Source: an uncultured Gammaproteobacteria bacterium
GTDB taxonomy: Bacteria; Patescibacteriota; Patescibacteriia; Magasanikbacterales; GWA2-37-8
DNA length: 64,000 nucleotides
NCBI GenBank assembly: GCA_964634875.1
Contig: CAZWKA010000002.1
Location: forward strand, 79,590 to 143,589
Direction: 5' to 3'
The position numbers and the translations under genes are program-made. The notes beneath the pieces are model-generated. The model was not told the origin of the DNA and made no database searches. It was given only the letters and a program-made list of their open reading frames with translations. Shown here in pieces: positions 28,376-38,753 of this stretch (positions within the stretch are counted from its first letter, which is position 1; each line of letters opens with the position of its first letter).

Positions 28376-30232
28376 TTAATCCTTAAAAAATTCCTGCTGC
28401 CATAGTTGCCACATGACTATCGCCCAAATACTGTTTAAATTATACCGTTTACCACTGAGATGGTCAGCCCACATTTTTTGGACGCCTTGGCGATTAAAAA
28501 ATGCTTCATCGAGGTTTCCAGGAGCAATAATTTCGGCCACAGTATTTTTGAGGTCACCCCGGAGCCATTTAGCCATAGGTGTAAACCACCCTCGCTTCTC
28601 TTGGTTAAGGATATGCGGAGGAATATAGGGCAAAATCGCTTCGCGCCAAATTGATTTACCTTGAAAATTTTTGGGGCGATTGTTCAAAAGCGAAATTTTC
28701 CACTTTGTTGGGATACGGTAACTAAGTTCGACGAGGCGTCGATCAAGAATAGGTACCCGCTCTTCCAAACCAAAAGCCATCGTCATTTTGTCAGTACGTA
28801 AAAGCGACTCGTCGACCAGCCAGCTTTGGCGATCAATATTCATTGACTGCTTCTCAACATCTGACTGTATCCCAGCTGCAAAAAACTGTTGGTTAAAATA
28901 ATCTTCCATAACTGACCGGTCACCAAACTCAGGATTAAACACCTCGCGCACATGTGCCTCGGACTGGGCTAGAAAGGCCAGAATACGCCTACTACCTGGG
29001 GGCAGGCCGAGCTTAGTAGCCAAGGTGCCTTTCCCCAAGGCTCCCAGAGCACCTTCAGCGGCTCTACGCAGCGTTTTTGGCGACTTTTGGTACTGGGTAA
29101 GAAGATAGCTGTAATAATAGCGTGGATAGCCCCCGAAGAGCTCGTCTGCCCCGTCCCCACCTAAGACAACCGCGACTTGTTTTTTGGCCTCACGGCTCAA
29201 CAGAAAAATTGCGGCGGCGGTCGGGTTAAAGTTGGGCTCGTCTAGATGCCATGCGATCTTGGGCAAATTATCGCGCACATCCTTAGCTGAAATACGGAGT
29301 TCGTGGTGGTCAGTGCCGTACCAACGCGCTGTTTTCCGAGCAAGCTCAAAATCAGCGTTGAATTTTCCATTCTCCGGACCAACATCAAAACCAACAGAAA
29401 AAGTAGCTATTTTGCTGGAAAGATATTTTTTGGCAGCACCGAGCACTGCTGTTGAATCAAGCCCACCACTTAAGAAGATGCCAACCGGACGATCGGAAAT
29501 AAGTTGGCGCCTGACGGCATCATCAAAAAGTGTCTTTACCGAGTCGGTTGCAGTAGTACGCGAAGTGAGATTGGAAAAATCGCTGACCTGCCAATAGCGT
29601 TCGAGTGTCAATGTTCCATTTTTAAATATACCCCGATGCGCTGCTGGAAGTTTATAAATACCGTCAAATAAAGTTAAGGGCTCGGGAACATAGAGGAGGT
29701 TAAAGAAAAAATGGGCAGCGCGGTGACTGACCTTACGTTCAATGCCATGAGCTAAAAGCCCTTTTATTTCCGAAGAAAAAATCAGCTGCCCGCGGTGCTC
29801 GACATAATAAAAAGGCTTAATTCCCAGCTGATCACGGGCAATAAATAATTCTTGCCCTGCTGCATCCCAGATCGCAAAGGCAAAAATACCATTTAATTTT
29901 TCAACACACGCCGAACCATATTCTTGATAGGCATACAAAATGACTTCGGTATCACTTTCCGAAAAAAAAGTATATTTTTTTTCAAGCTCCTTTTTTAATT
30001 CCTGAAAATTATAAATTTCACCATTAAACACGATTGAATAGCGTCCGGAGCGGTCGTGCATGGGTTGCGCTGCATGCTCGGACAGGTCAATAATAGCAAG
30101 ACGGTTATGGCCAAATGAAATATTTTCGCCGCACCAAAAATCCGTGGCATCAGGGCCGCGGTGGCGAGTAACTTGGTTCATTTTCTTAACCAAATCCGGA
30201 TTGTGGAAAGTAAAACCGTTAATGCCGCACAT
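28376..30232 (-). CDS. asnB: Asparagine synthase (glutamine-hydrolysing)-family amidotransferase (AsnB/WbpS-like)
   Basis: N-terminal MCGI Ntn-GATase start and an SGGLDS PP-loop. The 618-aa size is typical. Confidence 0.8.
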   Translation of the reverse strand: MCGINGFTFHNPDLVKKMNQVTRHRGPDATDFWCGENISFGHNRLAIIDLSEHAAQPMHDRSGRYSIVFNGEIYNFQELKKELEKKYTFFSESDTEVILYAYQEYGSACVEKLNGIFAFAIWDAAGQELFIARDQLGIKPFYYVEHRGQLIFSSEIKGLLAHGIERKVSHRAAHFFFNLLYVPEPLTLFDGIYKLPAAHRGIFKNGTLTLERYWQVSDFSNLTSRTTATDSVKTLFDDAVRRQLISDRPVGIFLSGGLDSTAVLGAAKKYLSSKIATFSVGFDVGPENGKFNADFELARKTARWYGTDHHELRISAKDVRDNLPKIAWHLDEPNFNPTAAAIFLLSREAKKQVAVVLGGDGADELFGGYPRYYYSYLLTQYQKSPKTLRRAAEGALGALGKGTLATKLGLPPGSRRILAFLAQSEAHVREVFNPEFGDRSVMEDYFNQQFFAAGIQSDVEKQSMNIDRQSWLVDESLLRTDKMTMAFGLEERVPILDRRLVELSYRIPTKWKISLLNNRPKNFQGKSIWREAILPYIPPHILNQEKRGWFTPMAKWLRGDLKNTVAEIIAPGNLDEAFFNRQGVQKMWADHLSGKRYNLNSIWAIVMWQLWQQEFFKD

Positions 30233-30950
30233 AAAAATTTTGCCAAATCTTTAGCCGTATTTTAAGTATATCGACGAGCATCAAAAACGTATCCGTAACG
30301 ATGCGCACACTACTCTCTTTACGATGGTTTAGTACAACCGGAAAATCGCGCAAGGCTAGCTTATTCTGCCGAGCGATTACGAAAAGCTCAATATCAAAAG
30401 CGAAGCGGTCGATAGTTGAATACTTAAGAACCAACTCTACTAAAGGACGAGTGAGGAACTTGATACCGCATTGTGTGTCTTTAATCCCTCCCACCACAGC
30501 TTGCCGGACAACGGTTGAAAAAAAAGATCGGCCAAACTGTCGCAAAAGGCCATAACCGTGCTCAGCAAAAGATTTTGGATTGGTTCGGGAGCCATAGAAG
30601 CAGGAAACTATTGGATCAGCCTTTGAAGCAGCAAGCAGCTCGCCAAAAATAGCTACACCATACGGCAGGTCAGCATCGGTAAATATAACTGCATCGCCGG
30701 TGCTTGCCCGCAGCCCTTCGCGTATTGCGGCTCCTTTGCCTTGATTGGCTTCAAAGTTGATCACGCGGCACAGTGCTTGCTCCTGCCAGACGAGCAAATG
30801 TTCTCGCGTAGCATCAGTACTACCATCATTAACCACAACAACTTCCACAGCTACGGAGGCCTGCTTAACCCAATCAAAAATGCGTCCCAAAGATTGGTCG
30901 ATGAAAGCGGCTCCGTTGAAAATAGGGATAATGATAGAAAGCTCAGCCAT
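30219..30950 (-). CDS. GT2 glycosyltransferase (polyprenyl-phosphate sugar synthase-like)
   Basis: LSIIIPIFN ... VVVNDGSTDAT ... FTDADL motifs. 243 aa. Confidence 0.75.
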   Translation of the reverse strand: MAELSIIIPIFNGAAFIDQSLGRIFDWVKQASVAVEVVVVNDGSTDATREHLLVWQEQALCRVINFEANQGKGAAIREGLRASTGDAVIFTDADLPYGVAIFGELLAASKADPIVSCFYGSRTNPKSFAEHGYGLLRQFGRSFFSTVVRQAVVGGIKDTQCGIKFLTRPLVELVLKYSTIDRFAFDIELFVIARQNKLALRDFPVVLNHRKESSVRIVTDTFLMLVDILKIRLKIWQNFYVRH

Positions 30951-30952
30951 AC

Positions 30953-32407
30953 TTATTTTTTCTTGAACAAACTATACGCATCTTCTCCAGCGATTTTCAC
31001 ATACTGCTGAGCTAAGACAGTTTCGATATTTTCAAGAGCAGTATCTGCTGTCGAGCCGCTGGTAATTATAAAATCATACGCTAGTCCACGGTTATCTTCA
31101 AGCTGAGCGCGTCCAAAAAACAAGGCCGGATTAATTTGTAGAAATTGGTAAACAGGTCGGTCGCTTAGTAGAAAACTTATGCTAGGAGTATTGATTGTTA
31201 AAATAGTTGCGTTTTCGGGTACTTGTGCTTCAACCAGGTGTGCAAAGCTGGTAGGTGCAGGGGCATAGTATAAAGGATCATCTACTTTAGTTGCCGCATG
31301 TCCAGCCTGAACCACAATAAGGCTACTAAGAAAAATAAAGGCCATTGTCCTAAAACGAGCCTGTATTAGAGCAGCTGGAACGACTAAAAATAAAAGCACG
31401 TGAGCCGGAAAAAAATAACGATACCACCCTGGAGTCTTCAGATACCACCCGAGCGTTACGACAATAAAAAAGATGATAGCCAATTCAATTTCGGTACCTC
31501 TTTTTTGAATAAGTCGTTGGTAAATAAAAACACTGGCTACCAAAAATAAAATCAAAAAATGTACTGGCGTTGATTCAGTAATAAAACGTAAGGCGTTTGA
31601 GGCGACTTGAGCAAGCGGGTTTGGCGCAGCATAGGAGTTAGCATAAAAACCAACAGTTGTACGCAAAGAGCCTAAGGAAAACGACTGTAGAATTGAATAC
31701 AACCACCCTACGAACGGCGGTGCTAAGCCTAGTGCGATAAACAGAACCCGAAAAAACAAAACTTTTTTTTCCTTCCAAAAAAACACTATTTCACTGAGGC
31801 CAACCGCCCCAAGAGCAACCAGATAAAAAGGCTTGGTAGCAACCGACAACCCAAGCAACAGTCCAACCAAAAAAAGTCGGCGGGGTTTTGCTGTTTGGGG
31901 CAAGACAAGTAGGGCAGCAAGAAAAAATACTAACCCTGGCACTTCACCCAAGACAGCTTTGCCATTAGCGTAGAATGGTGCAAAAGTAACGATGAGCGCG
32001 ACCGTGCCAAGGGCGGCCCATTTATTCTGATAAACCTTTTTAACCAACGTAAAAGCAAGAAGGCTAAAAAGGCCTAAATAGATGATTTGAGGCAATCGCG
32101 CCACAGCTAAACTGGCACCACCTAATTTAATAAACAGGGCAACCGGTAAAAGAACCGGATAGTTGGTGGTGATAAGAAATGAACGCTGCTCCACATGTTG
32201 ACCCGGTGCAACTGGCAAGCTATACACCCTCTCGGTCACTAAGCTTTTGGCAATTCCCATATTAATCCCTTCGTCGAACCAGGTTGCCGGGCTTGCAGCG
32301 ATCTTCCAAAAAGAAACAAGTAAAAAAATACAAACAACAAGAATGGCCGAACCCTTAAAAATAGTTTGTTCACGGCGTAAAAAAAATTGTTGTATCTTTT
32401 CAAACAT
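30953..32407 (-). CDS. GT-C membrane glycosyltransferase, PMT/ArnT family (GT39/GT83-like)
   Basis: 484-aa polytopic protein with an Asp-Glu motif in the first extracytoplasmic loop (WFDEGINMGIAKSL), typical of the PMT_2/ArnT fold. Confidence 0.6.
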   Translation of the reverse strand: MFEKIQQFFLRREQTIFKGSAILVVCIFLLVSFWKIAASPATWFDEGINMGIAKSLVTERVYSLPVAPGQHVEQRSFLITTNYPVLLPVALFIKLGGASLAVARLPQIIYLGLFSLLAFTLVKKVYQNKWAALGTVALIVTFAPFYANGKAVLGEVPGLVFFLAALLVLPQTAKPRRLFLVGLLLGLSVATKPFYLVALGAVGLSEIVFFWKEKKVLFFRVLFIALGLAPPFVGWLYSILQSFSLGSLRTTVGFYANSYAAPNPLAQVASNALRFITESTPVHFLILFLVASVFIYQRLIQKRGTEIELAIIFFIVVTLGWYLKTPGWYRYFFPAHVLLFLVVPAALIQARFRTMAFIFLSSLIVVQAGHAATKVDDPLYYAPAPTSFAHLVEAQVPENATILTINTPSISFLLSDRPVYQFLQINPALFFGRAQLEDNRGLAYDFIITSGSTADTALENIETVLAQQYVKIAGEDAYSLFKKK

Positions 32408-32409
32408 AC

Positions 32410-33762
32410 TTAGAGACCCAATACCTTTAAATGACTAACAATTACTGACCAAAAAGCAAAAACATCTATGATAGATACAACTGTCAAGAAACCACTAACT
32501 ACGAGCACGATTCGGCGCTGTTCTGACCAGATTTTTTTCCTGTTAACAACTATATAAGCCGCAAAAATGGCGAGCAAGGGATAAATTTGGAAACGATAGC
32601 GTGACTGTACCACCGTTGGTAATAGTACAATAATCGAACTGAACGCCATGACGGCAAGGTAGCGATGTTGCCGAGTACCCACTCGCCATAGTACAGGCAA
32701 GCCGATAAAACCGAACATAAACAGAAAGGCAATCGCGACACCAGACAGTGCCACAAAAATAGCTTGTGATAGGCCTTGCTGATAGAACCAAAAGCCCATA
32801 GGCCGTATCAGGCTGAAATAACGTATTGTACGGATAAGGCTGAGCTTAATAAACGAAAGCGGATGTTCGAGTAAAAAACTTTTAAATTCCTGGTTTGCTT
32901 TTTGCTTAAAATTGAGGAAACCATTGGCTTCGCTATAGGTGGTTACCGGATTAAAACCACCAGAAATTTGGCCACCATTACTTTGAAGCGTGTTACCAAT
33001 CCAAATATTGTATCCTCCTACCAAAGTTGTCGGAATAAAGGTTTTAAAATGATGGTAATTTCGGAGCGTCCACGGAGCAAGCACTGCTCCGAGTACGCAA
33101 ATAAAAACAGCTGCAGAAAAAAAGTTTTTTCTGAGCGCGTAGGCAACCAGAATAATAGGGACAAATAAAAATACCGGCGGACGGCTTAAGATCGCCAAAC
33201 CCGCAACAAACCCCAGCCCCCCTGCCCATCGCCAACTACCCGGCAGCTCATAGGCACGCACAAAAAACCAAATAGTCAGCGTCGTCAAAAAAAGATACAG
33301 CGTTTCTGTAAGAAGCATGGCCGAAGCTTCGATAAGATCTGGATGAAAACCAATACTAGCCGCAGCAACCAGGCCAATTACTATTCCTCCCTCAGAAAAA
33401 AGACGTCGGCCAATTAAAAAAACTAAACCCGCTGTGGCAGCATGCAGGATCGCTTGCACAACCCACACCGCAGCATACGAATGTCCAAAAAGAGCGTACA
33501 CACCGGCTAAAAAAAATTCGTACCCCGGACCTGCGCGGATGATGGCTGTATCAAAGACAAAACTTTGCTCACACACCTCCTTAAAACCACACCCACTGAG
33601 CAGGTTCAGCGCAATAGCATCATAGGCCTGAGCATCAACCAAAGGTTGGATACGGTAGATAAAAGCGTAGGCTAAAGTAGCGACCAAGGAGCAAAAAATA
33701 ATACCCCAGAGTACTCGTTCAGGCACCTGGTTAACGACTTTTTTTAAGCTGCTCAAATTCAT
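32410..33762 (-). CDS. GT-C membrane glycosyltransferase, PMT/ArnT family
   Basis: 450-aa polytopic protein with an acidic first loop (DAQAYDAIALNLLSG). There is a 32-nt overlap with the downstream Rmd-like gene. Confidence 0.55.
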   Translation of the reverse strand: MNLSSLKKVVNQVPERVLWGIIFCSLVATLAYAFIYRIQPLVDAQAYDAIALNLLSGCGFKEVCEQSFVFDTAIIRAGPGYEFFLAGVYALFGHSYAAVWVVQAILHAATAGLVFLIGRRLFSEGGIVIGLVAAASIGFHPDLIEASAMLLTETLYLFLTTLTIWFFVRAYELPGSWRWAGGLGFVAGLAILSRPPVFLFVPIILVAYALRKNFFSAAVFICVLGAVLAPWTLRNYHHFKTFIPTTLVGGYNIWIGNTLQSNGGQISGGFNPVTTYSEANGFLNFKQKANQEFKSFLLEHPLSFIKLSLIRTIRYFSLIRPMGFWFYQQGLSQAIFVALSGVAIAFLFMFGFIGLPVLWRVGTRQHRYLAVMAFSSIIVLLPTVVQSRYRFQIYPLLAIFAAYIVVNRKKIWSEQRRIVLVVSGFLTVVSIIDVFAFWSVIVSHLKVLGL

Positions 33763-34708
33763 AGGTAATCATCATCTCAACGAGTTCCTTAAACGAAGTA
33801 CGCGGCATCCAGCCCATTTTTTTAATTGCTTGGTTTGAACCTTTCATTTCTTTGATCTCGTCTTTTCTGATAAATTCCTTCTTTTGGATTATTCTATTTT
33901 TCCACACTTTTACACCAGCAACTCGAAAGGCTTCAGCGGCGAAATCCGCAAGTGAGCGGGTGATGCCGGTGCAGATAACTGCGTCCGTTGGTTTTTGCTG
34001 CTGGAGCATCAACCACATTGCTTCAACATAATCGCCAGCAAAACCCCAGTCCCGCCGTACCGACAAATCCCCCACTTCGATTCTGGCTGCCTCACCCATG
34101 GCAATAGCTACGACCCCCTGGCAAATTTTTTTAGTAACAAAATTCGCCTGACGCAGCGGCGATTCATGGTTGAATAAAATACCATTTACTGCATACGTCC
34201 CATAGTGTTCGCGAGCAATATGCACACCCCAATGCGCTGCGGCTTTAGACAGGGCATAGGGGTTGGGCGGCTCAAAACGATACGAACGCTCGGTAATACT
34301 TTTTTCACTATTACCATACATTTGGGCGCTTGAAGGATTGAAAAAGCGGGTTGCCGGACTTAATAGTCGAATATTTTCCAAAATAGCCATCGTGGCATTG
34401 AAATTAGTCGTCAGTGTCTCGGCGGGTGCTTCCCACGACTGAGTAACGCTTGATTGTCCGGCAAAATTGTACCATTCCCGGGGCTGGTATGTACGTAAAA
34501 TTTTAGCAATTTTTTTCTGGTCATCAATCGAACCCTTTACCAGAATCACATCCGATAAAACATCCAGGTACAGCAGGCGCTCTAAACTTTTTTTGGTGGT
34601 GGAACGAGCCAAACCAACAACCGAATACCCTTTTGCAACCAAAAAACGAGCAAGATACGCCCCATCTTGTCCGTCAATACCGGTGATAACGGCAACATTT
34701 TTGGCCAT
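33731..34708 (-). CDS. GDP-mannose 4,6-dehydratase paralog; likely GDP-4-keto-6-deoxy-D-mannose reductase (Rmd-like) or a second Gmd
   Basis: Short-chain dehydrogenase/reductase (SDR) fold (VITGIDGQDGAYLA; YALSK catalytic pair). It is homologous to the adjacent canonical Gmd but diverged. Confidence 0.6.
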   Translation of the reverse strand: MAKNVAVITGIDGQDGAYLARFLVAKGYSVVGLARSTTKKSLERLLYLDVLSDVILVKGSIDDQKKIAKILRTYQPREWYNFAGQSSVTQSWEAPAETLTTNFNATMAILENIRLLSPATRFFNPSSAQMYGNSEKSITERSYRFEPPNPYALSKAAAHWGVHIAREHYGTYAVNGILFNHESPLRQANFVTKKICQGVVAIAMGEAARIEVGDLSVRRDWGFAGDYVEAMWLMLQQQKPTDAVICTGITRSLADFAAEAFRVAGVKVWKNRIIQKKEFIRKDEIKEMKGSNQAIKKMGWMPRTSFKELVEMMITYEFEQLKKSR

Positions 34709-34731
34709 AGATACTTGCGAAATCTTATAAC

Positions 34732-35724
34732 TTAAAGGGTGATACCCACCTCAGCACAGTCATTTATTACCATAATTTTTACTAATTCTTTAAAGCTCGT
34801 TGTAGGTTGCCAGCCTAATTTTTGGCGGGCTTTAGTAGCGTCACCGAGCAGGCGGTCAACTTCCGTTGGACGGAAATATTTTGCGTCTACGACAACATGG
34901 TCTTCCCAGTTCAGTCCTGCAATTGCAAATGCTTCACGACAGAATTCACGGACAGTATGCGTTTCACCCGTGGCGATAACATAGTCATCCGGGGCCGACT
35001 GCTGGAGCATGAGCCACATTGCTTCAACATAATCTTTAGCGTAACCCCAGTCACGCTCAGCATCTAGATTTCCTAAGTAGAGCTTGTCAGTTTTTTTAAC
35101 CAGGATATCGGCAATGCCTTTGGTAATTTTACGGGTAACAAAGTTTTCCCCGCGGCGAGGCGATTCGTGGTTGAACAAAATACCATTGCAGGCAAAGAGG
35201 CCATAGCTTTCACGGTAATTTACCGTAGAATAGTGGGCAAAAACTTTGGCGGTTGCATAGGGGCTGCGCGGATAGAACGGGGTTGTTTCACGCTGCGGTG
35301 TTTCGAGGACTTTGCCGAACATTTCGCTACTTGAGGCCTGGTAAAATTTAGTCTTTGCCCCATGGTCCCGAAGCCATTCTAAGATACGCACCGCACCAAC
35401 ACCAGCAACGTCAGCGGTATATTCTGGGACGTCAAAACTAATTTTGACGTGGCTTTGGGCAGCCAGGTTGTAAATTTCATCAGGCTGAATCTTGCTGAGC
35501 AAGCGCGCAAGACTGCTGCCATCGGTCATATCGCTGTAATGCAAAAACAAATCACGATCACGGTGTTCGGCGTAGACGTGCTCCAAACGCTCACGGAAAA
35601 CGTTGCTTGAGCGGCGCACAAGACCATGCACTTCGTAGCCTTTAGAAAGCAGTAATTCAGTAAGATAACTCCCATCCTGGCCAGTGATACCCGTAATTAA
35701 AGCCTTTTTCTTCGGTTCGGTCAT
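34732..35724 (-). CDS. gmd: GDP-mannose 4,6-dehydratase
   Basis: [24 protein letters not shown] catalytic motif, NHESPRRG. 330 aa; textbook Gmd. Confidence 0.85.
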   Translation of the reverse strand: MTEPKKKALITGITGQDGSYLTELLLSKGYEVHGLVRRSSNVFRERLEHVYAEHRDRDLFLHYSDMTDGSSLARLLSKIQPDEIYNLAAQSHVKISFDVPEYTADVAGVGAVRILEWLRDHGAKTKFYQASSSEMFGKVLETPQRETTPFYPRSPYATAKVFAHYSTVNYRESYGLFACNGILFNHESPRRGENFVTRKITKGIADILVKKTDKLYLGNLDAERDWGYAKDYVEAMWLMLQQSAPDDYVIATGETHTVREFCREAFAIAGLNWEDHVVVDAKYFRPTEVDRLLGDATKARQKLGWQPTTSFKELVKIMVINDCAEVGITL

Positions 35725-35725
35725 A

Positions 35726-36424
35726 TTAGTCTAAAACATTAAATTTAAAGATAGACCAGATCGCGCTGACGCCATCTTTCCACCCAATTTTCTTACCCTC
35801 AGCATACGTACGGCCATAGTAGGAAATTCCTACCTCATACAAACGTAATTTAGCTTGGGCGACCCGGGCCGCAATTTCCGGTTCAATATTAAAACGGTTG
35901 GCAGTAAGTTTGGGTAAAATTTGTGCCAAAGCAGCTTTGGTGAACATTTTATAACAAGTTTCCATGTCCGTGAGGTTGAGGTCAGTAAAGACATTGGAGA
36001 AAAAGGTCAATATTCTATTGCCGATCGAATGCCAAAAAAATAAAATGCGGTGAGGGTTGCCACCCATGAAACGCGAACCAAAGACAACATCAGCCCGGCC
36101 CGTTACCAGCGGCGCCAAGAGCAGGCGGTATTCTTCCGGGTCATACTCAAGATCAGCGTCCTGGATAACGATATAGTCCCCAGTTGCCAAGGCCATGCCT
36201 TGGCGGATCGCCGCGCCCTTGCCTTTGTTTTCAGGTTGTAAATGAATTTTATAATCTAACCTCGTGAATGTCGCCAAAAGGTCGCGGGTTCCGTCTTTTG
36301 ACCCATCATCAACGATCACAATCTCTTTTTCGCAGTTAGGGAGAGTAACCCGATCGATTGCTTCCAAAATTTCGTGGATGGTTTTTACTTCGTTGTACAC
36401 GGGCATGACGATAGACAGCTTCAT
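35726..36424 (-). CDS. GT2 glycosyltransferase (DPM1/GtrB-like polyprenyl-phosphate sugar synthase)
   Basis: [10 protein letters not shown] ... VDDGSKDGT ... QDADLEYDP motifs. 232 aa. Confidence 0.75.
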   Translation of the reverse strand: MKLSIVMPVYNEVKTIHEILEAIDRVTLPNCEKEIVIVDDGSKDGTRDLLATFTRLDYKIHLQPENKGKGAAIRQGMALATGDYIVIQDADLEYDPEEYRLLLAPLVTGRADVVFGSRFMGGNPHRILFFWHSIGNRILTFFSNVFTDLNLTDMETCYKMFTKAALAQILPKLTANRFNIEPEIAARVAQAKLRLYEVGISYYGRTYAEGKKIGWKDGVSAIWSIFKFNVLD

Positions 36425-37524
36425 ATACTTGTCGCAGCTATAAAGTAAGTAACAATACGGTCAATTAATACCGTTAAATTGTGGTTTTTAATTACATACT
36501 CCCGTCCTTTTTGGTTTGGGGTAAGTATACCAGAGTGGCAGATTTTTTCAATAACTTCAGCCAAGTTCGACGATTCCCCTTCCTGAAACGTCATAACAAT
36601 CCCTTCGTTTGTCAGCGGAAGAAAAGCCTCGTTTGAGGTAACTACGGGTAGACGGGCAGCGAGCGCTTCGAGCACTGCTTTATCGACACTCCCTGTCCGA
36701 CTAGCATTAATGAAGACACTTTGCTGCGCAAGCACTTCGCGAAGGTCGGTATTAGTCATTTTACCGGTAAAGATAACGTTTGTACCGAGATCTAATTCTT
36801 GCACAAGCGTCTGTATTTTTTGAAAGTACAGCTGGTCGTCAGATCGTATCGGCTCCCCAACAACAGTGAGCAGTATTTCGCTTTCAGGCAACAAAACTTT
36901 TAGCCGCACAACTGAACGGATAATTGTTTCCAAATCTTTTGATTCGGTAATCCTTCCGGTAGTTATAAGTTTTAAAGGATTACATGACAGTTTCGGTACC
37001 GCGGTAAAAAGCTCAACCGGGATTCCATGACCCACATATTCAACTTTATGACTCGGCAAACGAAAACTCTCTGGTGATGTGGTGAAAATATTGTTTACCA
37101 GCTTCTCGGCCAACCTAAGGGTGGCGCTGACAGACCGGTGCACATACCAAAGTAGAATTGGTTTTTTCCACGATTTCCAAAAAAGCGCGCCCAAAATTAC
37201 ATATATTTGATTCATATGTACCCACACTCCATCATACTGCCCGCGACGAGAAATAATATAACGATAAAAATTAACGATATACTTACTACGGGACGCACCG
37301 ACCTCTTTACCAAGTGATAAAACCTCCACATTTGCAGGCAAATCACACGACCCCTTCTCTAAACAAATGACAGTTAATTTCTTAACTTGTAATGATAAAC
37401 GAAGCAACCATTCGTGAAATGATCCGAGATTACTATCGTTTCGGTCAACTTTTTGAGTGATGACCAGCAAGGAAAGTGTTGGGTCAATCATAGGAGTACG
37501 TGTTAAACGATATTCGAGAAACAA
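36421..37524 (-). CDS. GT4 glycosyltransferase
   Basis: GT-B C-terminal region (EALAARLPVVTSN). 367 aa. Confidence 0.6.
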   Translation of the reverse strand: MFLEYRLTRTPMIDPTLSLLVITQKVDRNDSNLGSFHEWLLRLSLQVKKLTVICLEKGSCDLPANVEVLSLGKEVGASRSKYIVNFYRYIISRRGQYDGVWVHMNQIYVILGALFWKSWKKPILLWYVHRSVSATLRLAEKLVNNIFTTSPESFRLPSHKVEYVGHGIPVELFTAVPKLSCNPLKLITTGRITESKDLETIIRSVVRLKVLLPESEILLTVVGEPIRSDDQLYFQKIQTLVQELDLGTNVIFTGKMTNTDLREVLAQQSVFINASRTGSVDKAVLEALAARLPVVTSNEAFLPLTNEGIVMTFQEGESSNLAEVIEKICHSGILTPNQKGREYVIKNHNLTVLIDRIVTYFIAATSI

Positions 37525-38753
37525 TTCCGAAGCACCCGGTCAATAACGTCTTGACCAAAAAATAACCCGCTCTTACGCTGAGCATTCTGCGACAGCTGAA
37601 GGCGACACGCCGGATCAATTAAAGTTCCTAAGGCATCAACATACTCGGCTGCAGTGCCCCCCACCAGAACATCTTCGCCGGGCACAAAAGCATACCCTGC
37701 CAAACCTCGCAGGTTCGTAACTGTTGGAAAGCCACGGGCAAGCGGTTCAAAGATCTTTTGTTGCATGCCTGAACCAAAAAAAGAAGGTGCAATAGCAATA
37801 TCCATTTCCTGCATAGCACTATCGAGATCATCAACAAAACCGCGTTTAATTACATTTGCAGGAATACTTTTTTCAAGATCAAGCGGAAATTTGCTGCCAA
37901 AAATATGAATTTTAAATTTCCCAGGAAACTGTTTTTCCAAAAGCGGCGCTAGTTCGAGCACAAACTCCAGCGCTCGACGATTGTGAGCCACCGTAAACGT
38001 AGAACCGGTAAAAAAAATATTGAGCGGCGCTGAGTGTTCACGCACGGCGTGCGTGCCCAGTTTTTTGTAGAGCGACCGGAGCGGTAAGGTTTGTACTTTT
38101 TTAGCGTGCACAGCACGGTATTGATCTTCTTCGGCCGGAGTAATCGAAAACAACACATCTGCTTTGCGGGCAGTAACATGTTCAGTCAAAAATTTGGGTA
38201 ACGACCGCAAGTATGTGCTTAGGGAGCGCCCATCTTCATCAAGAAAATGTCTGGCCTCAAAATTAATCGAGCGGACGAGGATGGGAATATGTTTTTCTTT
38301 GGCCAAATGATAGAGCGGCCAAAGATAGGTGTAATCAAACCACACTGCCGCCGGGTTGAGCTCGAAGATTTTACTCCGGACTGCATTTTGTATTTCCGGA
38401 TCATTAAATTCCCCAGCGGCACCATCCCAGGAACGGGGTGAAACAAGCCGTCTCAAAAATTCACCCATAGTATGCGGGTGCTTTTTGTATGGGATAAGCA
38501 TGACATCGACACCTTCTTTAGCCCAAGCAGTCTTAATTTCGACAGCGGACTGCCAATCAAAATACTTGGCAACCACGCTTACCTGGTACCCGAGGCGCTG
38601 CAGTTGGCGGATGCCGTCAGCCCGATCTTGTTCACAAGCTCCGGCTTCAGGATACGGAAAACGCGGCGTAACGACAAGGATATTTTTTGATTGTTCTTTA
38701 AGCTCAATCATAACTTTAAATAGCGAGCATGGCTTTTTTAAAGCCATCAACAT
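37503..38753 (-). CDS. GT4 glycosyltransferase
   Basis: NILVVTPRFPYP N-terminus and EPLARGFPTVT C-terminal motif. 416 aa. Confidence 0.65.
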   Translation of the reverse strand: MLMALKKPCSLFKVMIELKEQSKNILVVTPRFPYPEAGACEQDRADGIRQLQRLGYQVSVVAKYFDWQSAVEIKTAWAKEGVDVMLIPYKKHPHTMGEFLRRLVSPRSWDGAAGEFNDPEIQNAVRSKIFELNPAAVWFDYTYLWPLYHLAKEKHIPILVRSINFEARHFLDEDGRSLSTYLRSLPKFLTEHVTARKADVLFSITPAEEDQYRAVHAKKVQTLPLRSLYKKLGTHAVREHSAPLNIFFTGSTFTVAHNRRALEFVLELAPLLEKQFPGKFKIHIFGSKFPLDLEKSIPANVIKRGFVDDLDSAMQEMDIAIAPSFFGSGMQQKIFEPLARGFPTVTNLRGLAGYAFVPGEDVLVGGTAAEYVDALGTLIDPACRLQLSQNAQRKSGLFFGQDVIDRVLRNCFSNIV

